Source: Rhizodiscina lignyota (Eukaryota). From it: DNA of 64,000 bases. Shown here piece after piece: positions 35,333-47,355 of the stretch. The DNA is taken from assembly GCA_010015805.1 (NCBI GenBank), contig ML978133.1, positions 1 through 64,000 on the forward strand. The letters are read 5' to 3'. How positions within the stretch are numbered: the first letter of the stretch is position 1; each line of letters begins with the position of its first letter. The notes under the pieces are model-generated. The model had not been told where the DNA came from and made no database searches. It saw only the letters and a program-made list of their open reading frames with translations. A program made the translations under genes and the position numbers.

Positions 35333-36382
35333 ATGGCTCAAGAATCTATCATTGCCCCTTATGCGGAGGTCCATCGTCCTGAGAATCTTCGAGGGGCTGG
35401 AGATGGCCGGCCTACAGCTATTCAAATTATCGAGGATGAGCATCTGATCAACAAATGGAGCGACAAGACCGTCCTGATCACTGGTGGCTCTTCTGGAATC
35501 GGCGTCGAGACCGCAAGAGCGCTACATGCCACAGGAGCCCGAGTTTTCATCACAACGCGCGATAATGCCAAAGCGGAGAGTGTAGCGGCAGATATCCTGG
35601 CTAACAGCCCTTCGAAAGTGCCAATCGAGATCGTGTTCATGGAGTTGGGTTCTTTGGACTCGGTCAAAGCCGGCGTTGAAGATTTCCGGTCCCGTAGCGA
35701 TAAGCTCAACATCCTAATCAATAATGCCGGTATCATGGCTGCCCCGCATGGCCACACAAAAGATGGCTTTGAGCTCCAATTCGGCACCAATCATCTCTCT
35801 CACTTCCTCCTGACCAAGCTCCTCCTTCCCACCCTCATCGCCTCTTCAACGCCGGAGTTCGCATCCCGTATCGTCAATCTCAGTTCCAACGGCCACTTGT
35901 ACCACAACAAAGGCGGCCTTACACCTGAAGTATTCGCGGATCTTGACTTTAAGCAGACCCCTTACAACGAATGGGCTGCCTACGGTCGTTCCAAGACTGC
36001 GAATATCCTGCATGCCAACCGGCTGGAGCGACTATACGGTTCCTCTCCTGATCATCCGGTGCATGCCTTCAGTCTTCATCCCGGCGGTATCACGACTGCA
36101 CTATGGCGTCACCAAGGTGACATGGTCGCCACTCGGTTGCAAGGCTTCGCGTCTATTTGGAAGAGCCCCGAGCAAGGTGCTGCTACCAGTGTGTGGTGTG
36201 CAGTGGCAAAGGTATGGGAAGGGAAGGCGGGGCGCTATTGCGAGAATTGCCAGGAGAGTGTCCCAGTTCAAGAGAACCCAAAAATGGGAGATCCTGGATA
36301 CGGGCCTTGGGCGAAAGACCCAGTTGCAGAGCAGAAGCTATGGGAGATGAGCGAGGAGATGGTTGCGCCGTGGCTGAAATAG
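35333..36382 (+). CDS. Short-chain dehydrogenase/reductase (WWOX/retinol dehydrogenase-like)
   Basis: TGGSSGIG, NNAGIM, FGTNHLSHF, YGRSK catalytic motif, SLHPG, KSPEQGAATSVW. Confidence 0.92.
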   Translation: MAQESIIAPYAEVHRPENLRGAGDGRPTAIQIIEDEHLINKWSDKTVLITGGSSGIGVETARALHATGARVFITTRDNAKAESVAADILANSPSKVPIEIVFMELGSLDSVKAGVEDFRSRSDKLNILINNAGIMAAPHGHTKDGFELQFGTNHLSHFLLTKLLLPTLIASSTPEFASRIVNLSSNGHLYHNKGGLTPEVFADLDFKQTPYNEWAAYGRSKTANILHANRLERLYGSSPDHPVHAFSLHPGGITTALWRHQGDMVATRLQGFASIWKSPEQGAATSVWCAVAKVWEGKAGRYCENCQESVPVQENPKMGDPGYGPWAKDPVAEQKLWEMSEEMVAPWLK

Positions 36383-37212
36383 GCTATTGGACGTCTTGAG
36401 AGGATCACTCACTGCGAAGATACTGGCTAGAGTGCAAGACGCGGGCAATTGTGCAGCCACCACATGCGAGGCGGTCCGTGGAGGACTGGAGAGTGTCCAT
36501 CTGCTCTTGCATGATCGATGAACGAGAGGATCAATAGTCAATCGGATGTTTCCCGGACCCTCGTTCGATATCGTTCTCCGTAGTGAGGTTTTGAATATAG
36601 CAATAGAGTTCAAGTCCATGATGGACATGTTAAGTTCTTAACATGAAGATGTCTCACCTCGACTTCCCGAGGGAGTGCTGCGAGTTGTTAGAGCGTATCG
36701 TACCAGACTAAATGTCAGACAGTGAAATTGGCAGTCATAACTTGCTAACAACCAAGAAAATAACAGTACTTACTTCTGCATAGCGCATATGGCGGGTGAT
36801 CATGTGCAGCGTGACCGTTGAGCACCGTTAAACGCCTTGAGCTTAATGATGTGGAATCGAATGGATCTTGAGACGCTATTTCTCCTTTGATTAAGCTCGA
36901 TCAACCTTGAAAACTTTAAATCTGAGTTTAAGTTGACGTCGTAAATCACAAAATCTCTACGAATTCAATTTCCGAATACAGTAATTTCCCTACGGGAACG
37001 GTCAACCTGCTGTGCTTCTCTGCTGATGGGATTTTTATACCTTTCTTCGTATAGGTAGGTACGGTTTGTAAAAGGAACAAGCTCTATCTAGTTAGATAGT
37101 ACTCTTCCTTCGCATCCAAAGCGATACTTTTGTGTGTTTGTCGAGTTCTACAAGACGATGATGTACTCCAGCACGTCATAAATGTGTCGCTCATTGTCAA
37201 AAAGTCATCCAA

Positions 37213-37220
37213 TGACGTCA
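37213..37220. promoter_or_regulatory. CRE/ATF (Atf1-type bZIP) palindrome TGACGTCA
   Basis: Perfect TGACGTCA about 120 bp upstream of ATG 37342. Further ACGTCA at 37173 and TGACGTC at 36934. Function is inferred. Confidence 0.45.
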
Positions 37221-37341
37221 ACAGAGCTTGTCGACCAAATAAAAACGGTGCTTTCGAGTGCCAAATCTTTTCTCGTCTTCATTACTGAACAATAATTGAT
37301 ATCACGAAGTCTTGCACCCATCTCAAATTCCACAAATCAAC

Positions 37342-37922
37342 ATGTCGTCAAATAACGAGCAACAACCCGGTCTGGTCGGCAGCCACGCCCAATACGTGAA
37401 GGGCGCAGCCGTGGAAAGTTTTCCACGATAGGCCTATCGCTTTCCTGAAATCACCAGACCGCAGCATAACTCCCCAATTATTGATACGCCACTCTTCGGC
37501 TCTCTCGCAAGCCCCCACAGCACCATATCATAAATAGAGCCCTGTCTGTAATTTTTTTTTCCATCAAGATCATCGCAAGGTCCTTGTCAAAATACAACAC
37601 TCTCTAAAATGTGTTTCATCTTTTTTCTTGGCCATTACACAACGCCGCGTGTACATTCCGCAAAACATCATAGCCACCACATCACGCTCGGTAATCGCTT
37701 ACCTAACGTATCTGTCAGAATGCTATCGGGTCGGTAACCGGCAGCGAAGCGTGGGCGCAATCGGGTGAGCAGCAGAAGGCAGAGGCTGTATCGGCCATGA
37801 AGAGCGCCAACGAGAGCCGGGACCCTGCCAAGAGCGGGTTTGGCAGCGTGGAACAGACGGCCGGGACTCTCACAGGGTGCGAGGGCATGAAGGAAGAGGG
37901 CGCTGCAAGCAAACAGCAATGA
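37342..37922 (+). CDS. Small hydrophilic putative stress/conidiation protein (CsbD-like), 91 aa; intron 37414-37718 with non-canonical donor
   Basis: Exon 1 MSSNNEQQPGLVGSHAQYVKGAAV and exon 2 NAIGSVTGSEAWAQSGEQQKAEAVSAMKSANESRDPAKSGFGSVEQTAGTLTGCEGMKEEGAASKQQ*. CCTAAC branch point and CAG acceptor. Absent from the ORF track. Confidence 0.75.
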
Positions 37923-38490
37923 TTCAGCTTCCCGGCTGGTCGCGTGTCGTAGTTAGATTTCGGCATGTCCGAACGAACAACACGCGTGTTTCACGAACAG
38001 TTGCCAGCGAACATCCGCGGAAATAGACTTGAACGGTGCCCTAGAGAGCATTCACCTGTCGAAACAGCTATTTACAATGAAATATCTGCACAGCACGGAC
38101 ATAGCCGATCAATTCCATGGACGTATTCCGAATCAAGTAGGTATTTCGTTAGGCAGCTTGGCGAGAGGCTCGTCGCTAGCCCTTGAGGCTCTAAAATGCA
38201 GGGGCGGAAATATCGTATCGGTTAGGCCAGCCAACATCAATCTCAAGGCAATGCCAACCATTTTCCAGATTCCGCAACAACAAGTTGCGACAGATCCTGC
38301 AAATTATTAAACGGATGTTCCAAACAACCTTAAATTCGTCCAAGCGTGTGGCACAAACTCCAGGCTTTTGGTTGGTCGGACGGAGCAGCCGCTGACTAAA
38401 CCACCAATCACCAATTATACATAGTACATGGCACATTATGAGGTGTGAACAGGGATGCTCCGGCAATAACGCACAAGGAAACTAACCCCT

Positions 38491-40288
38491 CTACAGCTTC
38501 GACGCCGAATCTCGAGGCCGTTCGAGTGTCTTTGTGGCGTTCTTGAAGTTTTTGACCAGTTGCCGCACGGCAAGGTCAAGGAGTACATCCTCAGACCCCC
38601 CAGGCACCCTGGCCCCAAACACCTCCCTATTGATACCTATGGTATAACGAATCAGTAAATAGTCCATACAACCGAGGAGATGACCGCGACGACCTCGAGC
38701 TGAAATTCAATGACTACGGACATAACCGCGCCACGAGAGCGCATTATGCAATCGAAAGACACACGACATAAGCTTTGCCCAAAGCTTTTCGCATTTACGC
38801 GAAAGCGTAGCAGGGATAAGATTCCCAGGGGCCAATATCTGCGGTGCTTGCGATTGCGAGAGAAATGGAGTTTTGCAAAATGGACAGGAGGCCACTCACG
38901 TTCAGCAATCTCTCCCATCCCTGTCCTGGTGTAGCCGTTGCCCCCAAAAAGCAGCATTGCCACTTGCGCACACTCATTCAGCACAATGCCTGCCTGCGCT
39001 TTAGCGAGAGCGGTCAGGCCTCCAAGTTTGATGTCTGCCTCTGCTTTCGGCAAATTTGCCATTTGGTATACAAACTGCTCCACCCATGCTTGCTGCGTCT
39101 CGAGTAATGCGCCTGCCTTTGCGAGGCGATGCCTGACGACTGGCTGTTCGATCAGAGGCTTGGAGAAGGCCTCGCGCTTCATGACATATTCGAATGCTGC
39201 AGAGAGCGCGACGCGAGCCTGGCGAGTCACGCCGACGCTGATGGAGAGCCCTGTTTAATGCCGGTCCTGTTAATACAGCGTCTATGCTATGTACGCTCGC
39301 AAGAAAATGGGGTGAAACCTTACTCTCGTGGTTGAAGTTGGTCATAACGTATTTCATGCCCATGCCTTCTTCTCCAATTAAGTTCTCTATCGGCACCTTC
39401 ACGTCATCCAGCTCGATGTACGTAGTGCCAGCCGAGATCTGCCCAGCGACCTTGAGCCGCCTCATGCTCACGCCGGGATAGCCTTTCAGTGGCACCACGA
39501 TCATCGACAGACCTGACCCGCCAGGCCCGCCCGTCCTGACGGCCATAGAGGAGTAGTCGGACCATATCCCGTTCGTTATCCTGACAGCCGCGACATTAAC
39601 CTCTCGACGAATCGTCATATTGCGGCAAAGGTAGGGACATTTACCATTTCTTCGTGCCATTGATGATCCAGTACTTCCCACAGTCCGACTTGACAGCAGT
39701 GGTCTGGATCTGCGCAACATCACTGCCAGCCTCCGGTTCAGTAATCGCGATGCACGTCCTCTTCCTTCCCGTCAACAGCTCCGGCAGAAACCTCTCCTGC
39801 AACTGGGTGTTCCCAAACTTCACGATCGGCGGGACGCCGAAGCTTATGCCCGTCGTCAAGCTGCCCGGCGGCCCTGCCAGACCCGACCGCGACATCTCGT
39901 CTGAGTATATGCCCATGTGGATGTAGTCCCACTCCTCGACTTTCACTCCCAATATGTCGTGGATACCGAGGCGCTTGAGCCATTGGACGGGAAGCGGCGC
40001 GGGCAGAGATGGGATCAGCATGTTGGCTTTGGCGAATGTGTGCCAAACGTGCTCTGGCACTGTCTCCTCGCGCTCCCAGTCCATGGCATGCTTGTGGAGA
40101 TGCTCATCCAGGAAGGCTCGACACGCCTTCTGCCATCGCCGATGGGAGTCCTGGCAGTCTCGTTAGAATTAGCACTTATTGGGAAAGGTGCTTTAGGATC
40201 GAGGTACATTGTAGTAGGGCGACGGCAAGCCTTGGAGCCATGAAGGCTCAGAAAAGGGAATTTGAGGCTTGCTGTCTGACGTCGCCAT
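38491..40288 (-). CDS. Acyl-CoA dehydrogenase with C-terminal PTS1 (SKL); introns 40207-40151, 39644-39581, 39323-39251, 38899-38637
   Basis: CIAITEPEAGSDVA, INGTKKWITNG, MTNFNHERL, LFGGNGY, last exon RVPGGSEDVLLDLAVRQ...SASKL*. Confidence 0.92.
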
Positions 40289-40763
40289 TGCAGGGGAGGA
40301 TTAAAAATCGGAAAGTTGAATGTTATCTACAATCCATTCTGAAGCTATTGGCGACTTTTTGATCATGTCGATGTACCCCACAAAAGCTCTGTCGTCCCAA
40401 GCTCCTAAGACCGAGGATGCCGACAACGGTCGGAGCCGCGGTTGTGGAGATACTTCAATGCCCGTAGTTCCACGATGCCCGCAAAATTAGTAAGGTCTTC
40501 CCAAGCATGGCCAAGCATGCTTCTAAAAAGTGACACGGCAGCTCGTAGCGAAGCGAGCATTGCCTTCCTGGCATCGAATGCTTTTGAAATCAAATGATGC
40601 CGAAAAATGCCGATTCATTGGCTAATGTCGACGATGTGAGAAGGAACATCCTAGACTTCATGATGCTGCTAAAACTGTACATGATAGAGTCGTGACTTTC
40701 GTGCAAACAAACAGCTCAAAATATGAAAGGTGAGCCTAGTATTCTGCTTCAATGCTGTGGCCT

Positions 40764-42801
40764 TCAATGGCTTGTTCTCTCATCCGTCCATAGCTGCATG
40801 ACTTTGAGCAGCTTCATCATAGTATCCTGCAGTGCATACCTATGCTCGACCATCAAGACAATGATGCACCTCATACTCACTGCAAGTAAATAAGTCCTCT
40901 CTTGCTGGTTTTTGGCCGCAGCGCCTCCGATCATGGACATCCAGAGCAGCACTCCAGCCATATTATCCCAGCAGGTACTCAAGTCCGTCTGTTGGATAGC
41001 ATGAACGAGTTTTGTAATCGGCGCCTCGATGATGGTCCTGCGCTCCAGACAAGCGGCCGCTTCCATCAGCGATATCTTGTGTGAAGTTGCGGTCGCCCAC
41101 AGCACCGCCGAAATGCGGCAGGACTCGTATACCCAGTCTCCATCATGCTTTGTGTGGCTCATTTCATGAATCTGTGCGCGCACTTTATTGATCTGGTCAT
41201 CAATGTCCCTCTGCCTCTGCACGTTCTCAACATGCATCTGAAACGTGGGGTCGACAATATCGCAATTGCGCAAGTGCACAGCCTCAGCCGCCAGGTTGGT
41301 GAGCTCGCAAGCATCGCGTAGGATGCTGTGCGTCTGCTCCTTGCATTGCGAGGAGTCGAACATGAAGCCAAAGCCCGAGTCTGGAAAACAGAGCGGTGAT
41401 TGGGGTGCGCGCTGGGGAATTTGCAAGTCGTTAAACTTAGCCTCGATGTAATCGGCATAGAACGAATCAAGTCTCTGTCCGCGGGCTATGGCGGATAGAC
41501 AGAGAACGCTGAAATGTGCAGGTCAGCATGTTGGTCTGATGCATCTCGCCGATTACGTTTGACTGAATGGGTCAAGGGTCCAACCGGACAACACAAAATC
41601 GATGTCGATAAAACAGAAATGCCACTAATGCAATGAAAAAGGTAATAAAATCTCACACGGATTTTGCATTCGCCTCTCGCACTAACTTCGGAAAGAAGTA
41701 TGCGGCAAGCGGCATCGTGGCGAAAGAAATTCACTTACACAAGCATCGGCATCCTCAGTCCCAAGCACAGCTCATCCAGGCTCCCACGCAGATTCAGCAC
41801 GCTCTTTAGCCCTTCTTCGTGAACTACCGCCAAGGTGTTATCTCCAGTGACCGCTGCTCGCTCAATGAGAAATAACACCGCCATGATAGTCATGTCACTG
41901 ACTCTCGCCTGCGGGTCGCTGAAGCTTCGACCAAGTACTTCCATAGCTTCTGCATTCGCACCATCTGATGCAGCAATTGAGCCAAAGTTCTTGGGGTCGA
42001 GGCTGATCTCTGGTGTTGCGAGAGCCAGTGTGCCTAGGTAGTTCATCCGATCCTCGAAAGAATAGCTGACGATTCGGAACGCTGATCCGCTCTCGCGGAT
42101 GTTGCTGATGCCTATATTTCACATAAATACGTTGTTCGAGATCTTGGGGTTGATCAGCTGCACGTACAGTGATCTTTGAACACTTCTACAGTGAGAAGTG
42201 CCTCTTCCGACCGCTGATGGTCGTAGTATGGATCACCTGTCAACGGCATTGACTGCCAAGACGGAGATTGGGCGCGTAACGTTCGAATGTAGTTGACAAT
42301 CCGGGGGTCAACAGGATAGAACAAGTTTGAAGGTAAAGTGCCAGAGGCACTCCCGTCGAAGGGACTGCCCGATAAGCTCCCCGGAAGATCCTCGCATGGC
42401 TCTGTGAAGGCGCTAATATCGAGCGGTTGGCCAGCGTGCATTTCTCCTGTTGTGGTTGCTCGCCGTCGCGGCTTCGGATGGACGGTTCTTCGATAGATGG
42501 CCAGTGCCTCTGCAGAACTGATCATCTGTTCGGTCGCGGATCTCTCGAGCCTAGGCATGTCTTTAGGAAGAGAAGGGCTTCCCGTCCGGCTAGGCGTGGC
42601 GGACCGTCCTTTCTTCCGCACTCGAATCTCATCTGATGCTGCTCGTGCTGCTGTTGTTTGACGTTTTTCTGAGAGATGGTTGTGCATAACGTGCGAGCGA
42701 TTGTTCCTCATGGTGGAACGATCCCTGAACTGGTCGGGGTCATTGGCGACGACAAACCTCAGGTTTTGAGTCGGCGGCTGTGAACGTGGAGTATTAGCCA
42801 T
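40764..42801 (-). CDS. Fungal-specific transcription-factor-like protein without a Zn cluster; introns 42167-42112 and 41738-41509
   Basis: N-terminal FVVAND...NRSHVMHNH motif, middle HEEGLKSVLNLRGSL, C-terminal YESCRISA...WDNMAGVLLWMSMIG. Three ORFs join in frame through canonical introns. Confidence 0.7.
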
Positions 42802-44239
42802 AGTTGCTCCGCGTTTCTGCTTTCTGGTAAGCGGCCTGCTCTCGGTCGGACTCAATGGAAAAGAGAGTAAGGGCGGAGAGATAGTCGCGGTCGGGGATCC
42901 AGCAAGTGTAAGTGTGAAGGAAGAAGCCATTGGCCGCATGGGCGGTATGTTGTTAGTGCCGACGAATAGCGCTGTTCTATTGTTATGCAAATTCACACAG
43001 TTCGCAATACGCAATCAGGGCGAGGAGGCTTTGCAAGGCGCAGGTTTGGGAGGACCGTGATCGGTGATGCTGGGTAAGTCGCAGAGCAGGAAGGTGTATA
43101 TTTCATAGGGCTGAGCAGACAGGCTGGATGTATGCAGGCCCACTTGCGGCACAGACCATGGCTGCTACAGCAAAGATGGTCGAGTGGGTCCATGTTCTTG
43201 ATGTCTGATACATCCCTGAACGACCCAGCAAGCGGGCGGCAAGCAGTACGCAGTGCAACGCTCATCCTTTCGCACTTTCGCACATGGCAAGCACATATTG
43301 GCCCCCAAACCCGCCCTCTGGTCTACGCAAGTGCGGGATGCCTGTACGTCCGCTGCAGAGTAAACACGTTCCGTAGCCTCCGTGTGAAGCTGAGGGAGGG
43401 CAAAGACACGTTGGTTTTTGACTCGAGAGCACCAAACCTCATTTTGAGATAAATCCGCGTAAAAAAGGTCGTTGCGCGGACGGACGATTAGCGCAGGAGT
43501 ACGGGGTAGCTATGGCCGGGGTAGCTGTGTGGAAGGGCTACGGAAGATCTTAGCTTGTTGTTGGTGGAGGCGTGGTGCGGAATCAGTGACCGCTTCGAGC
43601 TGAACAAGGTGCCAAAAGTGCAGCTCTGGAGGACACGGAGGATGGGCGGACATGGCGGCGGCAACGCGTGATGATTAGTCGGCGACAACAGCCCCCTGGT
43701 CGCGCCGCAGCAATTCCTCACAAGCCTTACAGCCTTACAAACACGTGACGTGCTGACAGACCGCCATGTGCGCGGGACTCTCTTCGCGTACGGGGAGACA
43801 ACTCCTTCGCATGAAGGCTCCAGAATTACGCAGGCCGTGCTCCAGGAAACATTTCGGCGTGCCGGATAGATTTAAAAGCCATTCGCGTGCGTGCAGCGCC
43901 GATTCAAGCTTGTTAAGCGATCGTTCGCACCGAAAGTAAGCTCGTGCGGCTGACGTAAGGTACTCTAGTCTGGGCTTCAGGCCTTAGCCGAAATGTCTGG
44001 GGGCCAGGGCCACACAACTGGCTCATATTGAGCGGGTCGTTCTGAGGCAATAGGGTAGTATGCGAAATCCTAGACACGCTGGCTGTCGTATTTCGGGAAA
44101 AGAAATGGTCACCGAGGTCGCAAGAAATCGATTGACTCAATCTACGTCCCGGTCGTATGGATAAGACCCATGGTAACAGCGCGTTCGGCTTTCCCGATAC
44201 GTCGGGCCAGACATCGTCATTTTGGCGACTAGCAACCTC

Positions 44240-47200
44240 CTATCCTGTCGGCAAAGCTAAACGGTCACCGCCGCCTGATGCGGTGGGAGGGATCAGGTCG
44301 ACCACCTCTAGTGCGTCTCGCAGTGTCGCACCTGATGGATCTAATGCCATCAGAAACCGCGCGAGTTCTTTGCACAATTCCCAGTCCTGCTCTTCTTTTG
44401 CACGGCGGAGGAGACGAATAAGCTGCTCTGAACTCGAGCTCAGCTCTTCGAAAGTATGCAGAACCAACAAGTATCCACCCGCAGTTTTTAGCGATCCTTT
44501 GGCCAGGGACTCCTCGAAGAGTTCTTGTGGGGGCGGTAAATGCGCGAATAATGTCCTCCATGACCGCACCTCTGTCTTCCTGGTGCACTGCACGATTATG
44601 TCGAGATACTCCGGAAACGTTGATAAGAACGAAAGCACGTTCGGTAATAGCCTCTGCTCCGCCTCCGCCGCATCAACTTCCTCGTCCAACACATCATGCA
44701 GCAGGACTTCTAGGGCATGTGGGAAGTAGTCCAAAGTACGATAGCGGTGCGACAAGTGCAGTGCGGCCGGAGAGTTGTAGCGCGACAAGTGGTATTTAAG
44801 AAGTGCTGGTAGAAACAAGTGTGTCTGATGAAAAGTCAGCGGCTCATCCGACGGCCTCTAACGCCTTACGGAAATTGAAAAAGACTCACTCTGGTGACGA
44901 ATCGCAAGGTGGAGAAGTTGACATTTCGTCTCTGCAGTATCTCCGATTCTATGCCAAATAGGATTCCCTTGGCGAATACTGCTGACAGCGGATAGAAGTC
45001 AATCGGTATGTCAACACACGGAGGCAGCTCTCGACCAAAGTCCAGTGAGGCAGAGGCCAAGACATCCTGAACATCTGGCCAGACTTTCATCGCCGTGCCG
45101 TCGAAATACCATATTGAGTCTTTCAAGTCTTGTCCATTGTGACCGTTCATCAAATATCCGTTCTGCATTAGGGATGTGACATCAATCTGGCTGTCTCCCC
45201 GGTATTCTGAAGGCTGGTCGCGCATAAGAGCGTAGTGTTCGACGTTGTTGGCCAAGATTCGCATTTCGTATTTGAGTTCGCCCTGTTCTGACGTGGTAGG
45301 ATTCAACAGCACCAGCTTGCCATCAACCAGGAAAAGGACGGTGGCCATGCCGACATCTTGAGAAGGATCACCGTGCTCGAGCTGATCCTCAGGAAGAATC
45401 CAGCTAACGGCTCTGACACGCAGAGGAGCTCTGATGATACCATGTAGAGCGATTTGGCCAACTTGTATCAACCGCATGTGTTTGGCAGTGGTCGCAATCA
45501 TGTAGTGATACAAGATGTTCTCATACGTGTACACGAGAAGCGAGTCATCCCCTGACGGCGTAATGAGTACGATTGGTGCCCCTAGCTGGACAGCATGAAG
45601 CATTTTTCCATTATCGAGCGCCAGCTCACGCGAATACATACGGACCTGGTATGTGTTATTGATGTTGCTTTCGACAGCTGCGATGAGGATGTGCTGGTAC
45701 CAGCACATCCCTCCTCGGACCGTGAATTCGTCCTCCATTGTCGGATCGTCAAAAGTCTTCCATCTCCCAGACGTAACGCTGTAATGTGCAAGTCCTCGCC
45801 TTCCAGCGACAGCGACGTATCGCCCATCAGCAGACGTCACAGCGGTACGTATAGGCCATTGATGAAGGAGATATTGAGCTGGAACTTGCACTTGATACCA
45901 CAAGCCAGATTCCGCCGAAATTGCAGAAACATCAGGAACGTCGTAGCCGCGATACACCATGATGCCAGAGTTAGTCTGCAAAAGAGATCGCGTAACGTTG
46001 GCTGGAGAGAAGCAGCCAGCGACTGCGCTACGAGCCATATCCACCATCCAGAAATGAGGATCTGCATTGCTGGCAAGCACAAGCTGCGATCCCCCTCCAA
46101 GCCAGAAGCAGTCTCGAATCCCAAGGAACCAACGTTCATCGTTGTTTTCAGAGATAACCCGATTTGCGTTGAAGCTGCTGCCGGTGGGCTTGCCGTAGAC
46201 ACTCCACATCATCCACCCGTTACTGAAGCCGGCAAACATGCAGTAACCATCGGGTGAATAACTCAGGTAGGCCAATGTGCCAGGCGATGAGACAGTTGAG
46301 CTCACGGATAACTTATGGGACAGCGGGATGTGGCCAGCGTAATCGCGTGCATTGTAGATTAGAATGTCTCCGTTGGCACAGCCGATGGCGATCAAGGAGA
46401 AGCGTGCATTTATAGCAGCTTTTACGGCGTATGATCCTTCCATATCAGGAGTATGAAAGCAATAGCCTTGCCACGCCTTTTTTGGTGACTTGCCTTCGAT
46501 TGGACTTTTCACCGAGTGTCGCTGCACTGCGTATGCTTTACCGTCGCTCGTGATCCACGTTGAGAGATTCATTGGCCGGTCATGGATCATCTCAGTGATG
46601 GCGGAGTCCTTGTCGACCCAAGACATGCGGGTCAGAAGCTCGGTGCTGGTTTGGGAGCCGCTCTTATCGGGTGACCATAAGATCGACTGAACAGCGGCTG
46701 GCTTCTCTGTTGCGACGACGAGACCGTCATCCAAGGCCAGAGCTTTTGCGATGCCGGCATCAACCTTTATAACCATTCTGAAGCGCATGCTCACATTTGC
46801 GACTCCAGTTCCTTCTCCTGGCCCCAGGTTTGCAGCAGATCCAGCACCAACCTTCGCCGTGGCTGAGCTCCTCCTCCGAGCGATGCCGCCTGATTCGTAG
46901 AAGCTGCCCTGATATACTCTGCCCCCATGCTCCGTCGAGAGTGTATATGTGATGAGGAAACCGTTGCCAGTTTGTACGACAAATATCGCGGAGTCAGGAC
47001 GGATGAGGACGGTGACGTTGGCACCATAGTGCTTGATCGATTCGGGCGAGCGCGCGACGCGGGCCACGACAACTGTTGGCTTTTATAACTTCAGCAATGG
47101 TATTGGATGATTGAAAAGGCTTCATACCTTGGACTGCCACACTGTAAATGACGACGCCGTCCAGGTCACAAAGAAATGGCCGTTTCTGGTGATGCGCAAG

Positions 47201-47355
47201 CCCAGAATATTCTCGCCGCCAGTGGTATTCTCATCTCTTTCGCTGGGCCCATTGTGATCGCCCGACGTGACACCATCATTAGATATATCTCTTCCAACAT
47301 GTCTACCTTCGGTGACTTCCGAGTAGACCTTCGGGTTGCCAATTGGCCAATACAT
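44240..47355 (-). CDS. RIC1: Ric1 (Ypt6/Rab6 GEF subunit); introns 47127-47080 and 44889-44825
   Basis: MYWPIG start, AVAGRRGLAHYS...GRWKTF, DFYPLS, YFPHALEVLLHDVL, IIVQCTRKTE, TAGGYLLVL, WELCKELARFL. Confidence 0.93.

Noticed and set aside
37411..37718. Stwintron (nested intron) explanation of the missing donor
   Set aside because: No internal GT...AG excision was found that reconstitutes a GTRAGT donor at the exon 1 boundary.
2590..42801. Possible secondary-metabolite cluster (MFS, hydrolase, Zn2Cys6 TF, GST, SDR, acyl-CoA dehydrogenase)
   Set aside because: No PKS, NRPS, terpene synthase or DMATS backbone, and the genes are interspersed with core housekeeping genes.
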